This document shows, in pieces, positions 12,493-23,750 of a stretch of DNA of 32,928 nt. The translations under genes were made by a program, and so were the position numbers. How positions within the stretch are numbered: the first letter of the stretch is position 1; every line of letters starts with the position of its first letter. This DNA comes from Octopus bimaculoides (lineage: Eukaryota), in NCBI RefSeq assembly GCF_001194135.2, contig NC_068992.1, positions 5,768,547-5,801,474 on the forward strand, written 5' to 3'. Under the pieces are notes generated by a model that saw only the letters and a program-made list of their open reading frames with translations, searched no databases and was not told the DNA's origin.

Positions 12493-12566
12493 AAATAAAA
12501 GTCAGAAAAAATTTTGACCATAAATCTCTTTGACTAAGCTTAGTGGAAATAGGTTTAAAGGAGATT

Positions 12567-12995
12567 NNNNNNNNNNNNNNNNNNNNNNNNNNNNNNNNNN
12601 NNNNNNNNNNNNNNNNNNNNNNNNNNNNNNNNNNNNNNNNNNNNNNNNNNNNNNNNNNNNNNNNNNNNNNNNNNNNNNNNNNNNNNNNNNNNNNNNNNNN
12701 NNNNNNNNNNNNNNNNNNNNNNNNNNNNNNNNNNNNNNNNNNNNNNNNNNNNNNNNNNNNNNNNNNNNNNNNNNNNNNNNNNNNNNNNNNNNNNNNNNNN
12801 NNNNNNNNNNNNNNNNNNNNNNNNNNNNNNNNNNNNNNNNNNNNNNNNNNNNNNNNNNNNNNNNNNNNNNNNNNNNNNNNNNNNNNNNNNNNNNNNNNNN
12901 NNNNNNNNNNNNNNNNNNNNNNNNNNNNNNNNNNNNNNNNNNNNNNNNNNNNNNNNNNNNNNNNNNNNNNNNNNNNNNNNNNNNNNNNNNNNNNN
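12567..12995. other. Assembly gap
   Basis: Run of N followed by (TA)n. Confidence 0.99.
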
Positions 12996-13027
<32 letters not shown>

Positions 13028-13257
13028 GGGTTTAGTTCCCTAGTGATCTTAACTATTCGGTACACTGTGTAAGGACCGTAATTGGTGAACCGTTAGTTTC
13101 CAAGTTCACAGTTGAAGCTGGTGCTAGGGAACCATGGTAGGCTTCCCAGTTAGCGGGTATATATTAGAGAAAACGAGACCACAAAACCCAGATCAAGACG
13201 AGTATCTCAAGTTATTTAGAACATTTAATTAGAGTAAGGTGAATTTGAAGCAATTAA

Positions 13258-13292
13258 CTAATTAAATAATTAATTAATTAATTAATTAATTA
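13258..13292. repeat. (TAAT)n microsatellite
   Basis: TAAT tandem array. Confidence 0.9.
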
Positions 13293-13475
13293 GTGGATGT
13301 CTTACAGCTCGTTCTGGGATATCCCAAGTGGTAGGTTAGCTTCATACATCTTCATATACTGGATATTCCGTCATCAGAGACAAGATGAGTATTTATGACA
13401 GAGTAAAAGAGTAGACAGAAGAATACAGGCAGGAGAATAAAGTTCACAGTTATTGTGTGTATGTTATGTATTTTA

Positions 13476-13509
13476 TGTATGTATGTATGTATGTATGTAT
13501 GTATGTATG
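13476..13509. repeat. (TATG)n microsatellite
   Basis: TATG tandem array. Confidence 0.93.
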
Positions 13510-13845
13510 AATACATGTATATATGTATTACTGCCTCTACTTTTAGCTCTCATTACATGTTATAAGTTTATCATCCTCCCTGCTGAAATTGAAACACAGA
13601 CCTCTCCTACTCCTGCCTTTATTGCCTAATTGTCTACCATTGTTAATTCACCTTTGTATTGAACCCTATTCACGCCAAAACACTGTATTTCTGTTCATAA
13701 TTACGTCACATGTGTAGGTGATATGCCAATTTTAATAAGAAACCACAAGTGACAAACACGTTGGTTCTTCTACATCATGCTAGCCTATTCTCCTAATTGA
13801 CTCTTTGAAATAGTTTTTAATTATAATCATGCATATAACCGTGTC

Positions 13846-13973
13846 AATGGTTAGATGAGAAAGTTTCCCATCGTATATGTTACTGCCATTGAAGAACTCA
13901 GAATTTCCCTCTGTTCTAGTCTGTGTACCTCATTTGTAATGTCTTCTCTAATGACCAACTTCCTGCCTTTATA
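13846..13973. repeat. Diverged ~128-bp direct repeat, copy 1
   Basis: AATGGTTAGATGAGAAAGTTTCCC...CAACTTCCTGCCTTTATA recurs at 15279-15407 with scattered substitutions and a 1-nt indel. Confidence 0.95.
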
Positions 13974-15034
13974 AATGACAGCATTCTTCACGATCTTTGT
14001 TTAATTATTGCATGATTCAGTTCAGATCTTGTGATTGCTTTATTTCATGCTGTGAAAACCGACCATTCTGTTTCTATTTATTTAGAACATTAATAAAGAA
14101 ATAAATTCATAGACAACCAGTCAATCCACAATGCAGAACCTGTTTTTAGTGCATCAAATGACATCATTTAAGGCGCAAAACGAAAACTCTACATCATATA
14201 GCATTTTAAGTAAGCATCGTCGGTGCATTAGCAGATTATATCTGCACATATAATTTCGTATGTTAGGAAGCACTAACTGCGTATGAAACATATCATCATA
14301 CAGCACCATAGTACATTTCAACGCATCATTTCTTTGGAACATACATATCTGTATTACACTAACTGGCATTGTCATCGAACATGGATATCTCTTTCTCCAC
14401 TCGCATCGTGAAGAGCAAATTATTTTCGGAATAAATATTACCCACCTACATAGAAGTAATGTTTTCGATTTGTTTTACTTAAATATTACTGCCCCCCCCC
14501 CCACACACACACGCATTCACACAATTAGACTCTGGTAGCCGAAATACTGTGCATTGCACTCCTTCGCAGTTTCTGTTCATACTCTTCGCCTTCTATTCAA
14601 ATATAGTTATGTCTTGTTTACCCTTCATACGGAATAACAAAACAATCCATGGATCACTCATACATACAAATACTACTAAACATGCTCAATCATACACTTT
14701 TCAACCCGAACCTAACATTCCCTGCGAACCTATATATGCATATATACCTCGGTATGAAAGTACCTGTAAATCATGTCCTCTAATCAACCCACACCTTGTA
14801 CTGCCTGCTGTTACACGTTAGGCCCAATCATACAATCGCTCTCAACATTTCTCTTTTGGTCTTTTCATAGATTATTCTTTCTTCACAATGAATAATGCTG
14901 TTTGTTTGGATTTTTCCTAATTGTTTTTCGTCTGATTAATCATTTGGTTTTCTTTATTCGAAGCGTTAAAATATACTTAATACAAAATTCATTATGTTAT
15001 TTTTTATCGTGTCTTTCCCGGTGGAAAAGCAGTG

Positions 15035-15145
15035 GAGATATTAAAAAATTGTAAGAAAATCCTTAAGGTTTCGTACGTTTTGAGATCGGATAACACCAAA
15101 GGCAACTTTCTTTTTTATTTTCCAAGCTTTGATAAATTAAGTGTA
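15035..15145 (+). mobile_element. Highly decayed SINE of the Meta-like family
   Basis: GGCAACTTTCTTTTTTATTTTCCAAGCTTTGATAAATTAAGT aligns by eye to GGTCGACTTTGCCTTTCATCCTTTCGGTGTCGATTAATTAAGT of the SINE at 12126-12356. It is preceded by TACGTTTTGAGATC versus TACGTTCAGAGTTC. Confidence 0.4.
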
Positions 15146-15278
15146 AGTTTATGGTTGTAAGCTGGAGAAATATTAGAGTTTGGGATACAGTGCATTGAGA
15201 TAAATGCTATTAATATGTGTCCTGATTTCAGATCTTCTCCAGACTCGACGAGAATTACGTGAAAGAAATTAGTATACA

Positions 15279-15407
15279 AATGGTTAGATGAGAAAGTTTC
15301 CCCGTTGTATATGTTACTGCTAGTGAAGAACTCAGAATTTCCGTCTCTTCTAGTCTGTGTACCTCATTTTTAATGTCTTCACTAATGATCAACTTCCTGC
15401 CTTTATA
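15279..15407. repeat. Diverged ~128-bp direct repeat, copy 2
   Basis: Second copy of 13846-13973. Confidence 0.95.
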
Positions 15408-17146
15408 CAGTGAGGAACTCATTCTGCTTCAAAGGTATATTTAAGGGTCACAGTTTAATGACAACTTTATCATTCCCACCAGCCACGATGTCCTTATATA
15501 AGCTCATGAGTACCGGCTTTTAAAATGGCTAATCGATAAATTATTTCTAAAACTCCGTCAGGTTGAAGTGAATCGTGCGGATTAACCTTGAATCATAGCA
15601 TAAACTAAAATTTGTTTTATGACTTTGTTAAGGTAGAAAAATAATTGCTTTGGTGTGATTGTATTGGACATAGATTATAAACAGCAAAAAAAATTCTTTT
15701 GGGGAAAAATTGGACACCTTGCACGATATCTGCTCTATTATACAGCCCAAATAATATTTATGTGTTAGCATATGTGTGTGAATTGCACAGAGTTAATTTA
15801 TCTCTAAAATAATATGATGCTTGTAATTTTAAGAGAAAAAATTAAACAAACGCAGATGATTTAAAGACTCTATTTGAGAAAATATTTAATTAGTGCAATC
15901 AATAACAAATTCAATAAAATGGCTTTTACTTATTGGAAATTTTCTTGATTGGCAGACGTTTATATACTATAATTATCAAAGTCACGGACAGTATCAGTTG
16001 GTCTGTGTAAAGCTGGGGGTAGCAGGGTTGCGAGGATGTAAATATAGATAACTACATCAAAATAAACGTTATATAGCTCACATACAATTCTAATTTCCAC
16101 ATACAAACACAACATATTTAACTACACACACTCTCTCTCTCATACACACACGCACACACGCACATACACACACATGGGTGCGTGTTTGTATAGATAATTA
16201 TTTATATGTATGTCTAGATCTGTTTAACCATACTTCACCCAAACATGATCATTTTCTTCAAAGTGTAAACAAATTCGTGTTTGAAGAAACAGTTTAATAA
16301 GTTAAAATTGGGCGAATGTCGGTCAAATATTAGAACTTACTACCGCGTACTTAACTATTATCATTACCATCACTATAAATAACATCATTATCGGCATCGT
16401 CATCATTATTTGAATTAATCACAAAGCTATCAGTGAAAAAAAAAATGTCTGAAGCGGATGAAGTTGATTTCATATGAAAAGAAAAATGTTTAGCTAAGAC
16501 CAAACCAGACACACTACATTTTAGCTTTTGTTTGGTTCCCTTTTCATATAGCTATGATAAATATTACGGTTAGTCTTTTCAAATAAATCTTTTCACCTCT
16601 ATACACTAAACCGATAGAAATTTATACTTCATTGAATTGTACAGGAAGTTGTAAAACTCTTCTGAATAGTATTTGCATTTCTTTACCTATATTTCCTGGT
16701 AAATTTCCGAAAAAAGAAATTTCAAAAGACAAAGTATACTTACAGGATTGGATTGTACAGATTTATTTTCTGCCAATGTGAATGTATGCAACAACACTTG
16801 CAAATAATTCTATATTATTTCATCGTTGTTTACATCGTTATGATTAGTATGCAACTTATATCTATTGTTATGTTGTTCTAGATAAAATATTTCCATCACT
16901 GTTACGTCACGCTTGCAAAAAGTCAGGTTTAACTTTGCTGGTTCTGCGAGGACAACTCTGGTTGATATATGTTCATATAATTTATTGCAGTATATATGTA
17001 TTTGGGTTTGGCAAACTCAATATTTATGATCTACCAGGGTATAATGAAGAGTTCCTGCATTTGGGTAAATGAAAATACAGGAGGATCAGTGTTAATTATG
17101 TTTTTATTCAACATATTCCCCTCTTATATTCACCCACTTATTGCAG

Positions 17147-17249
17147 TGGTCCTTCAGTATTTCTAAACTCTGCAAAAGAACTCCGAAGTTTGTGCTTCCA
17201 TCCAAACATTGACGATAGCCATAAAGCCAAGAAATTCTCAGCACCGCTC
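17147..17249 (+). other. Candidate isolated exon (unverified)
   Basis: Pyrimidine-rich acceptor CCCCTCTTATATTCACCCACTTATTGCAG and donor CTC|GTATGT. One open frame: GPSVFLNSAKELRSLCFHPNIDDSHKAKKFSAPL. I recognise no homology. Confidence 0.28.
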
Positions 17250-17507
17250 GTATGTAGATATAAGCGAAACATGCATAGAAATATTTACATGTATAAGCAT
17301 ATATACATACACCCCACCACATACACACAAACACACGCATACACATACACAAACACTCACACACACATACATATATTTTCAGCATATTATTCTACCTCTG
17401 GTATTCGAGTATTATTTTTTCCAACTTCTTTCATATTTATGTGAAATACAGTAACAGTACCGGATAGTAATGTTTATATGCCAACATAACGTAGCAGTCC
17501 TGTGAAG

Positions 17508-17843
17508 GACGATGTTACTGTTGTTTTAGCCCCAGGAAAAAAATGTTCATATCTATCTAACGACACACAGACTGTGTGCGTATATAGCATGTACTATGTA
17601 GGACATCGCTCCTATCTCTAGCTTTACGTAGATTTCTGTATGTTATCCGTCCTCACTAACGAAAGTTATTTCCATTCGCAAATACTATATGCTCTTTAAG
17701 CAATACACAGTCGCTGGTCTCGTATCGAGAAAAACAGCGTGTCTGTGAGTTTTACGTAAGGCCAGAGATGTGAAATATGATTGTGTGACGTTAACCAGCT
17801 AGAAAAGATGTTTCATTGTGGCTAAAACAACAGTAACATCGTC
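17508..17843. mobile_element. MITE-like element with perfect 24-bp inverted repeats
   Basis: GACGATGTTACTGTTGTTTTAGCC (17508-17531) is the exact reverse complement of GGCTAAAACAACAGTAACATCGTC (17820-17843). The interior is non-coding. Confidence 0.7.
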
Positions 17844-17988
17844 ATTTACTGAATTTCTCTCGCTCAAAGATTTAAAACATGCATGTGTGTACATATACAT
17901 ATATTATAATATGAAGTTATGTGGCAAGTGGTTACCATGACAGCCATATGGTTTCGGGTTCAATATATACATGCGAGTTTGTTTATGC

Positions 17989-17991
<3 letters not shown>

Positions 17992-18075
<84 letters not shown>
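17992..18075. repeat. (GT)n microsatellite
   Basis: Long perfect GT array. Confidence 0.98.
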
Positions 18076-18079
<4 letters not shown>

Positions 18080-18506
18080 TGCGTTTGTGTCTATCAGTTT
18101 GTAGCTTCTTCCCTCCACAACTTGACAACAAATGTCGTTCCAATTACAATCTGGTAACATAGGAGTTCAGCGAATGACAAGAAGGATATATCATGTATAT
18201 GGCTTGGACAAATATAAGTAGAGGGGGTCGAATGGCTGTCTAAAACACTTCCAGGCGGTTCCGAGAAATCTGAAGAGACAATAACTCTTTAAAGATAAAA
18301 CGATTTACGTATGTTCATGATATGTATGTATACGTATAAAAATACAATACGATATTGCCACGATAAATAAATATTATGATAAATTAAACACGTAGCAATA
18401 TAGGTGTCTGGAGCAATTTTATAAAAAGTAGAATAGATAAATAAGAGTGCAAAATAGCACCTGTAATTGCCAGAAATAAGAGCAAAAAATATATAACTCG
18501 AAAAGC

Positions 18507-18540
18507 CACACAAAATCACAAGATCACACAAAATCACAAG
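18507..18540. repeat. 18-bp tandem duplication
   Basis: CACACAAAATCACAAG occurs twice, separated by AT. Confidence 0.9.
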
Positions 18541-18764
18541 CATCATGAGATGTTGAAAGGGATTGCTAGGGAGAAGCCACATCTTTCTCTAGCGAAATAA
18601 AACTCGCTGAATAAAGTAATCTGATAAGAACCTATCATATGATTTCGAAATTTAACCAATAAGATTTCGTTTCTCTTCAGGGGAATCCACAAATTATTGC
18701 GGATTAAACACATAGCTTGCTTTCCGTTGGCTCCAGGTAAAATATAAATATATATATATATATA

Positions 18765-18930
18765 NNNNNNNNNNNNNNNNNNNNNNNNNNNNNNNNNNNN
18801 NNNNNNNNNNNNNNNNNNNNNNNNNNNNNNNNNNNNNNNNNNNNNNNNNNNNNNNNNNNNNNNNNNNNNNNNNNNNNNNNNNNNNNNNNNNNNNNNNNNN
18901 NNNNNNNNNNNNNNNNNNNNNNNNNNNNNN
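18765..18930. other. Assembly gap
   Basis: Run of N after (TA)n. Confidence 0.99.
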
Positions 18931-19120
18931 NAATTTCTCAGTGATATTTTACATGTTTCGGTTCTTCGTGAAAAAAATTAACCTTATCAAAAATATATAC
19001 TTTTTAAAAGTAAAATAAAAGAGTTCATAATTAGTTCTTACTAGTTTCAACAGAATCCACGTTGAAGCATTTTATGTGTGGAAACATAACTGTCTTGTGC
19101 GTTGACTAGAATCGTTAGCT

Positions 19121-19121
<1 letters not shown>

Positions 19122-19197
<76 letters not shown>
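19122..19197. repeat. (GTA)n microsatellite
   Basis: Perfect GTA array grading into GTG units. Confidence 0.97.
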
Positions 19198-19200
<3 letters not shown>

Positions 19201-19393
19201 CGTGGTGGTGGTGGTGACCGTGTTGGTCGTGGTGAGTATCGTGAATGACCATTGGCCGTAATAGCAGCAGTAGCAGGCTAAGTTGGGTGGGAGCCCTAGG
19301 AATGTCACCTGGGTCTCAAGAGAGCAGGAGCCCGAACATTTTGGTACCTGGTAAATATTAACCATAAGCATACAATGACGACATTTCAAATAG

Positions 19394-19576
19394 ATAAACC
19401 AGTTAATTGTTACCACCACCACACATACCACAGAAATTTGTTTGCTCTTTCGACACAATGAGTTTGTTTTGAAAAATACATTGAGAAATATAGCAGAACA
19501 TGGAGCAGAAATTTATATATTCTCCTCTACTGGGTATTTCCTGTGGGATAAAACGAGATATATGACACAAGCTCTA
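19394..19576 (+). other. Candidate exon (unverified)
   Basis: 61 open codons (INQLIVTTTTHTTEICLLFRHNEFVLKNTLRNIAEHGAEIYIFSSTGYFLWDKTRYMTQAL) ending at a consensus GTAAGT donor. The acceptor is modest (TTTCAAATAG, or ACCACAG at 19433). Confidence 0.3.
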
Positions 19577-20533
19577 GTAAGTAAATGATTGTTTGATAAA
19601 TTGGTAGACTAAAACAGAAAAATGCATAGAATAAAATCAACAAACGTTCAATACACAAATAAATGATTCATTGTTCATGCATCATTTGACAAATTCATCT
19701 CAGCTCTGAAACCAAAAAAATTGTCTTCAGAAAGCTTACAGATTCTGAAACAAAGAACAGAATGTATAAAAGCCAAACCATAAATAACATCAGTAATATT
19801 CATCAAAAGAATGGAAATCGAAACTTTCTTTAGCCAACTATAAGCTGCAAGGGGAGTTCAGAGAAGTGTTAGATAAGTTCAAATGCCACAGAGCTGGTTA
19901 ACTGTTTAAGAGTTCAAAGTAACCGTGACAGCTGGGAAGCAGAAGAACAATTTGAGGATGCGTGCACTAATAGTCTTCTACAGAGATGATTTTGATACTA
20001 AGTCTGGAAATAGAATACCTTACGTTAGATCTAGAGGCATAGAATTATATGCAAAATTGCTAATAATGATCTCTTTTATCCTTGCACAATTACTTTTCCA
20101 ACCGATGCATTCTGCTAGCAAATTTTGTCATTCGGTAGCACACATTACTAAGTTCATGAATACTTAGAACTGTCGCTGCCATAATGGAATGAGACTAATG
20201 AAAATACAGCACAAAAGCCAAAAAAAAATCAAATAATATATAAATAAAAAAATAATTAGTCAATGTGAAAATTTATATATTACGCAGATGATATTACAAA
20301 CGTCATCACGTGTTTAATTATAGATTGTTATACAACTTTATTTATATATGATTAATTATCATAATTACCTATACACACATAAATCATAAATTTATCTATG
20401 TGTGTGTGTTTTTTTGCGTGTGTATGTGTATGTATATATATATACATACATACATACTTATATATTAAATATATTTTTGCGTGTACATGTATGTGTGTTC
20501 ATACATACACACATATATACATACACATACACA

Positions 20534-20545
20534 NNNNNNNNNNNN
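20534..20545. other. Assembly gap
   Basis: Short N run between (CA)n and (TA)n. Confidence 0.99.
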
Positions 20546-21018
20546 TATATATATAATATCTAAATTACACAACCAATACGAATTTAATCATTTCTCGCAC
20601 GCTTATGTGTTTATGTATCTCTGTGCGAGCGTTAGTCTGATTATCAGTATGCACATGTCTTGCTATGTGCCTCTAGACATGGAAACATAGTATATGATAA
20701 ATGATAAAATAAAATACATTACTATAATAAATGTTTACCATATAGATAAAATATATAAGAAACTATGAGGAAAATTCACACACCACAATATGTCTTTGAT
20801 CAACATAGTTTCCATAGAGAATTATTGAGTTGTTATTTGAGTGCCATCACATTGTTTAAATAGCTAGTTTGTTGCTGAAATAAATTGTGAATGAAACTGA
20901 CACAAGAGAGTCAAAGAAGAGTTTATAACTTTGCTGTTAGGTTTTGAGTCAATGGATTGTATATTGCTTGTTCCTTTGCCATATTCGTTTCCTCAATGAA
21001 TTTTCAATGCCCGTATAG

Positions 21019-21108
21019 CTGAAGAGATGTTGGCATGGGTTCCCACCCCGGCATCCGAAAATCGGAGTTTTATCAGAGCGACTGAACAAGTGTCACATAT
21101 TTTTACAG
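21019..21108 (+). other. Candidate 90-nt symmetric exon (unverified)
   Basis: A long AG-free pyrimidine-rich stretch ends in CCCGTATAG, the donor is CAG|GTAAAT, and GC is locally raised. Two frames are open: LKRCWHGFPPRHPKIGVLSERLNKCHIFLQ or EEMLAWVPTPASENRSFIRATEQVSHIFT. Confidence 0.38.
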
Positions 21109-21208
21109 GTAAATTCCTCTATTTACATAATACCGAGTTCTCTTTCTTTCTTTTGTTGTCCTTTCTATCAACAACTATATATATATATATATTATATATA
21201 TATATATA

Positions 21209-21345
21209 NNNNNNNNNNNNNNNNNNNNNNNNNNNNNNNNNNNNNNNNNNNNNNNNNNNNNNNNNNNNNNNNNNNNNNNNNNNNNNNNNNNNNNNNNNNN
21301 NNNNNNNNNNNNNNNNNNNNNNNNNNNNNNNNNNNNNNNNNNNNN
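21209..21345. other. Assembly gap flanked by (TA)n
   Basis: Run of N. Confidence 0.99.
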
Positions 21346-22298
21346 TATATATACATGTGTGTGTGTGTGTGTGTGTGGATAGATGGATGGAGGAATGTAT
21401 ATATGTAGGTATATACGTAAATATATAACGACGCTACTGTTAACTAAATTCCATGTCAATAAATATTTTTAAAAAAATATATTCCCAGTGGAAACACTGG
21501 AAGTTATTTAAGAAATAATCAGACAACCAGAAAGGCGGCATGTAGTATAAATAAATATCTCACTTGAATATTCAAGTTTCAGAGTTTAATTTGGTTTCGA
21601 CTATGACCTTTAGACATTTAATTATCAATCATGTAACCTAGTTAGGTTTTCGGAATTCTTATATACACTTGTTAATAAATGATATTATTTATTAAACTCA
21701 TCATGTCTAAATGCAACTGAATGCCGCAGGCAATTATGTTTTCCTGTTCATCAGCATATTCCGCCTACATTGTACGATATTAATTCGTCTCAAATTTAGG
21801 TTATGAGCTACAAATTTCGGAATTTTAATAACGAGGGCCTTTTTCATTATTGTCAATATTAATATTAAATGATACAATATCTATGATTAATTAGGAGCAG
21901 TGCTGGTTTCAAGCTCGTGCATGGAAACCAAAGAATCCTTATATTAATTTCAGTTGCGGATTAATGTTATAATTTGGGGGAGAAAACTTAATAAATTCGT
22001 CTCCGATTTTCATTGATACTTATTTTATCTATGCTACATGGCTAAATGAAAAGTTAATCTCATGGAATGTCAAATTTTACATGTAAAATAGAAAATGTTA
22101 AGGCAAAAAAAATCAAAATAAGAATAATACTAAAACAATCACCTGAACGGATGAAGGGAATTTAAATGTATGGTTTAAAAAACAATTCATTGGGTTTGCC
22201 AGGAAATATATATTCCAATATCACAAATATTTGTTTTACAAATGGTACTAATTATTAAAAAAATTAAAGTTTACTTTATCGTTTATTCTGTTCTATCC

Positions 22299-22469
22299 CT
22301 GTGGGATGAAGTTACAATGATAGACAGAAAACACCACTGGGAAATACGAAAACTAAAAGAAGCAGCATATATGCTAGGATACAATAACCTCCTAAGCAGA
22401 CCGAGTACAGATATGAATAGCATATAGGAACCGGTATTAAGGAAGGATAGGACAATATTAGATTTATAA
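22299..22469 (+). pseudogene. Penelope GIY-YIG endonuclease C-terminal remnant with an internal stop
   Basis: In-frame TAG at 22425-22427 (probably from TGG, Trp). The frame continues 13 codons to TAA. 5'-truncated. Confidence 0.7.
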
Positions 22470-22531
22470 ACCCTAAAATTCACTCCATAATTACCCACGG
22501 GCATATGGCGTAGTGGTTAAGCGCGTAGTAA

Positions 22532-22535
<4 letters not shown>

Positions 22536-22590
<55 letters not shown>

Positions 22591-22617
22591 GTAATAATAA
22601 TAATAATAATAATAATA
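22536..22617. repeat. (AAT)n microsatellite inside the Penelope 3' region
   Basis: AAT array with one interruption. Confidence 0.97.
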
Positions 22618-22668
22618 TCATCGAGAAATACCTTAGGAATGAGAACCCAGCTTCGAAGTTTCCCCAAC

Positions 22669-22712
22669 ACACATGATGAAGGCTGGAGGGTATATCAGCC
22701 GAAACGTTGTGT
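22669..22712 (+). ncRNA. Degenerate minimal type I hammerhead ribozyme
   Basis: ACAC-[A]TGATGA-A-GGCTG-(GAGGGTATAT)-CAGCC-GAAAC-GTT-GTGT. Helix I is ACAC/GTGT and helix II is GGCTG/CAGCC. The core CUGAUGA carries C3>A, followed by GAAA and a GUU triplet. Confidence 0.65.
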
Positions 22713-23665
22713 TAACAACAAAAATGATGACAACAAATGTCCGTCAAATGTAAAAAATGTAAATAAAGTTCTATTCTCTCCAGATGTCAAATAGGATTCA
22801 GTGTTTACGTGTTTCAATTAATTTTGAAATTAGAATGATTTCTTTTACAATAATTAATGGTTTCTTTATTAATATTTTGAGAAGAATATAACTTCCCCGC
22901 AAAATATTCTTATATGAATTGTAATCCCTTTCAAATTCGATGTTCTGTAACACAACAACTGTCATGGGTCCATACAGGTAGTTATCAAAAGTGCTAACTC
23001 ATACAACAATAGTCGACTTTCATTTAAAATAAAAAACATCAATACCTGAAATCCACAAATATAGATATCGAAAAACTCAATACGTTTGCCAAGTTCCAAA
23101 TCTTCAATATACAAGACATGAAATATGCATGAGTATTTATGCGTTTATGTTTGCCAAATGTCCTTTATTGAAAATAGCAAACCGTTATACACAAAGATTT
23201 GGCACACATAAAAACAATGGCAACCTTATTTTTAGGATATATTGTAAGTATATACATTTTCCTTTTATTTTGTTATTTATTGCATTTCTCTCTTCTGATC
23301 AACAAAGCTAAATGAAGATATAAAATAACAAAATGCAGCAAATTGTGTCTGCATTATGTTAATACATGAAACTAAACTGCAAGTTATACATACACTTATA
23401 CTAGAAAAAACTTATAACCATCTTGACTAACTGACATAGCTTTTCTACGTGACTGGTTACCTAGAACGAACTAATAGCCAAATTTAATTCAGATCACGCC
23501 TTCATTTTACAAAACTTGTGGACACAGAGGAGAATATTACTGCCATATACAAAAAAATATATGGGATATTTTCAATTTTTCTGTATGTTAAAGTTCACAT
23601 GTCTGTTGAATCAGATCCAACATTTGGTTACATAATAAAAGGCAATATCAGATTTTATGTCATGT

Positions 23666-23669
<4 letters not shown>

Positions 23670-23748
<79 letters not shown>
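23670..23748. repeat. (CT)n microsatellite
   Basis: Long perfect CT array. Confidence 0.98.

Positions 23749-23750
<2 letters not shown>

Larger units (their letters stand above)
13068..13557 (+). mobile_element. Candidate solo LTR (unconfirmed)
   Basis: 490 bp bounded by TGTAA...TTACA. It has a TATA-like GGGTATATATTAG near 13156, AATAAA at 13436-13441 and a GT-rich downstream segment. No TSD is evident. Confidence 0.33.
22296..22766 (+). mobile_element. Penelope-like element 3' fragment (GIY-YIG C-terminus plus pseudo-LTR)
   Basis: Reads LWDEVTMIDRKHHWEIRKLKEAAYMLGYNNLLSRPSTDMNSI*EPVLRKDRTILDL*, resembling the W-D-x-V-x-I-I-D...W-x-x-R-K-x-K-E-A signature at the end of the Penelope endonuclease. 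It is followed by an (AAT)n tract and a TGATGAAG...CCGAAACG hammerhead-type motif typical of Penelope pLTRs. Confidence 0.8.

Noticed and set aside
12127-12521. ORFs of 64 and 95 aa
   Set aside because: They lie within the nested SINE pair and are incidental frames.
12502-13072. ORFs across the gap, and similar ones at 21027-21459, 26588-27192 and 27617-28247
   Set aside because: They are open only because of N-runs and (TA)n/(CA)n repeats.
15215-15272. Plus-strand PDF...LLQTRRELRE, resembling an L1 ORF1 motif
   Set aside because: It needs a frameshift, sits between a decayed SINE and a repeat better read on the opposite strand, and is probably over-matching.
17930-17965. CCATATGGTTTCGGGTTCAAT resembling a SINE B-box region
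   Set aside because: Too short and diverged to call, with no downstream SINE body.
19072-19458. 128-aa minus-strand ORF with poly-Thr (mucin-like appearance)
   Set aside because: The poly-Thr is the (GTA)n microsatellite, and the remainder has no domain or signal peptide.
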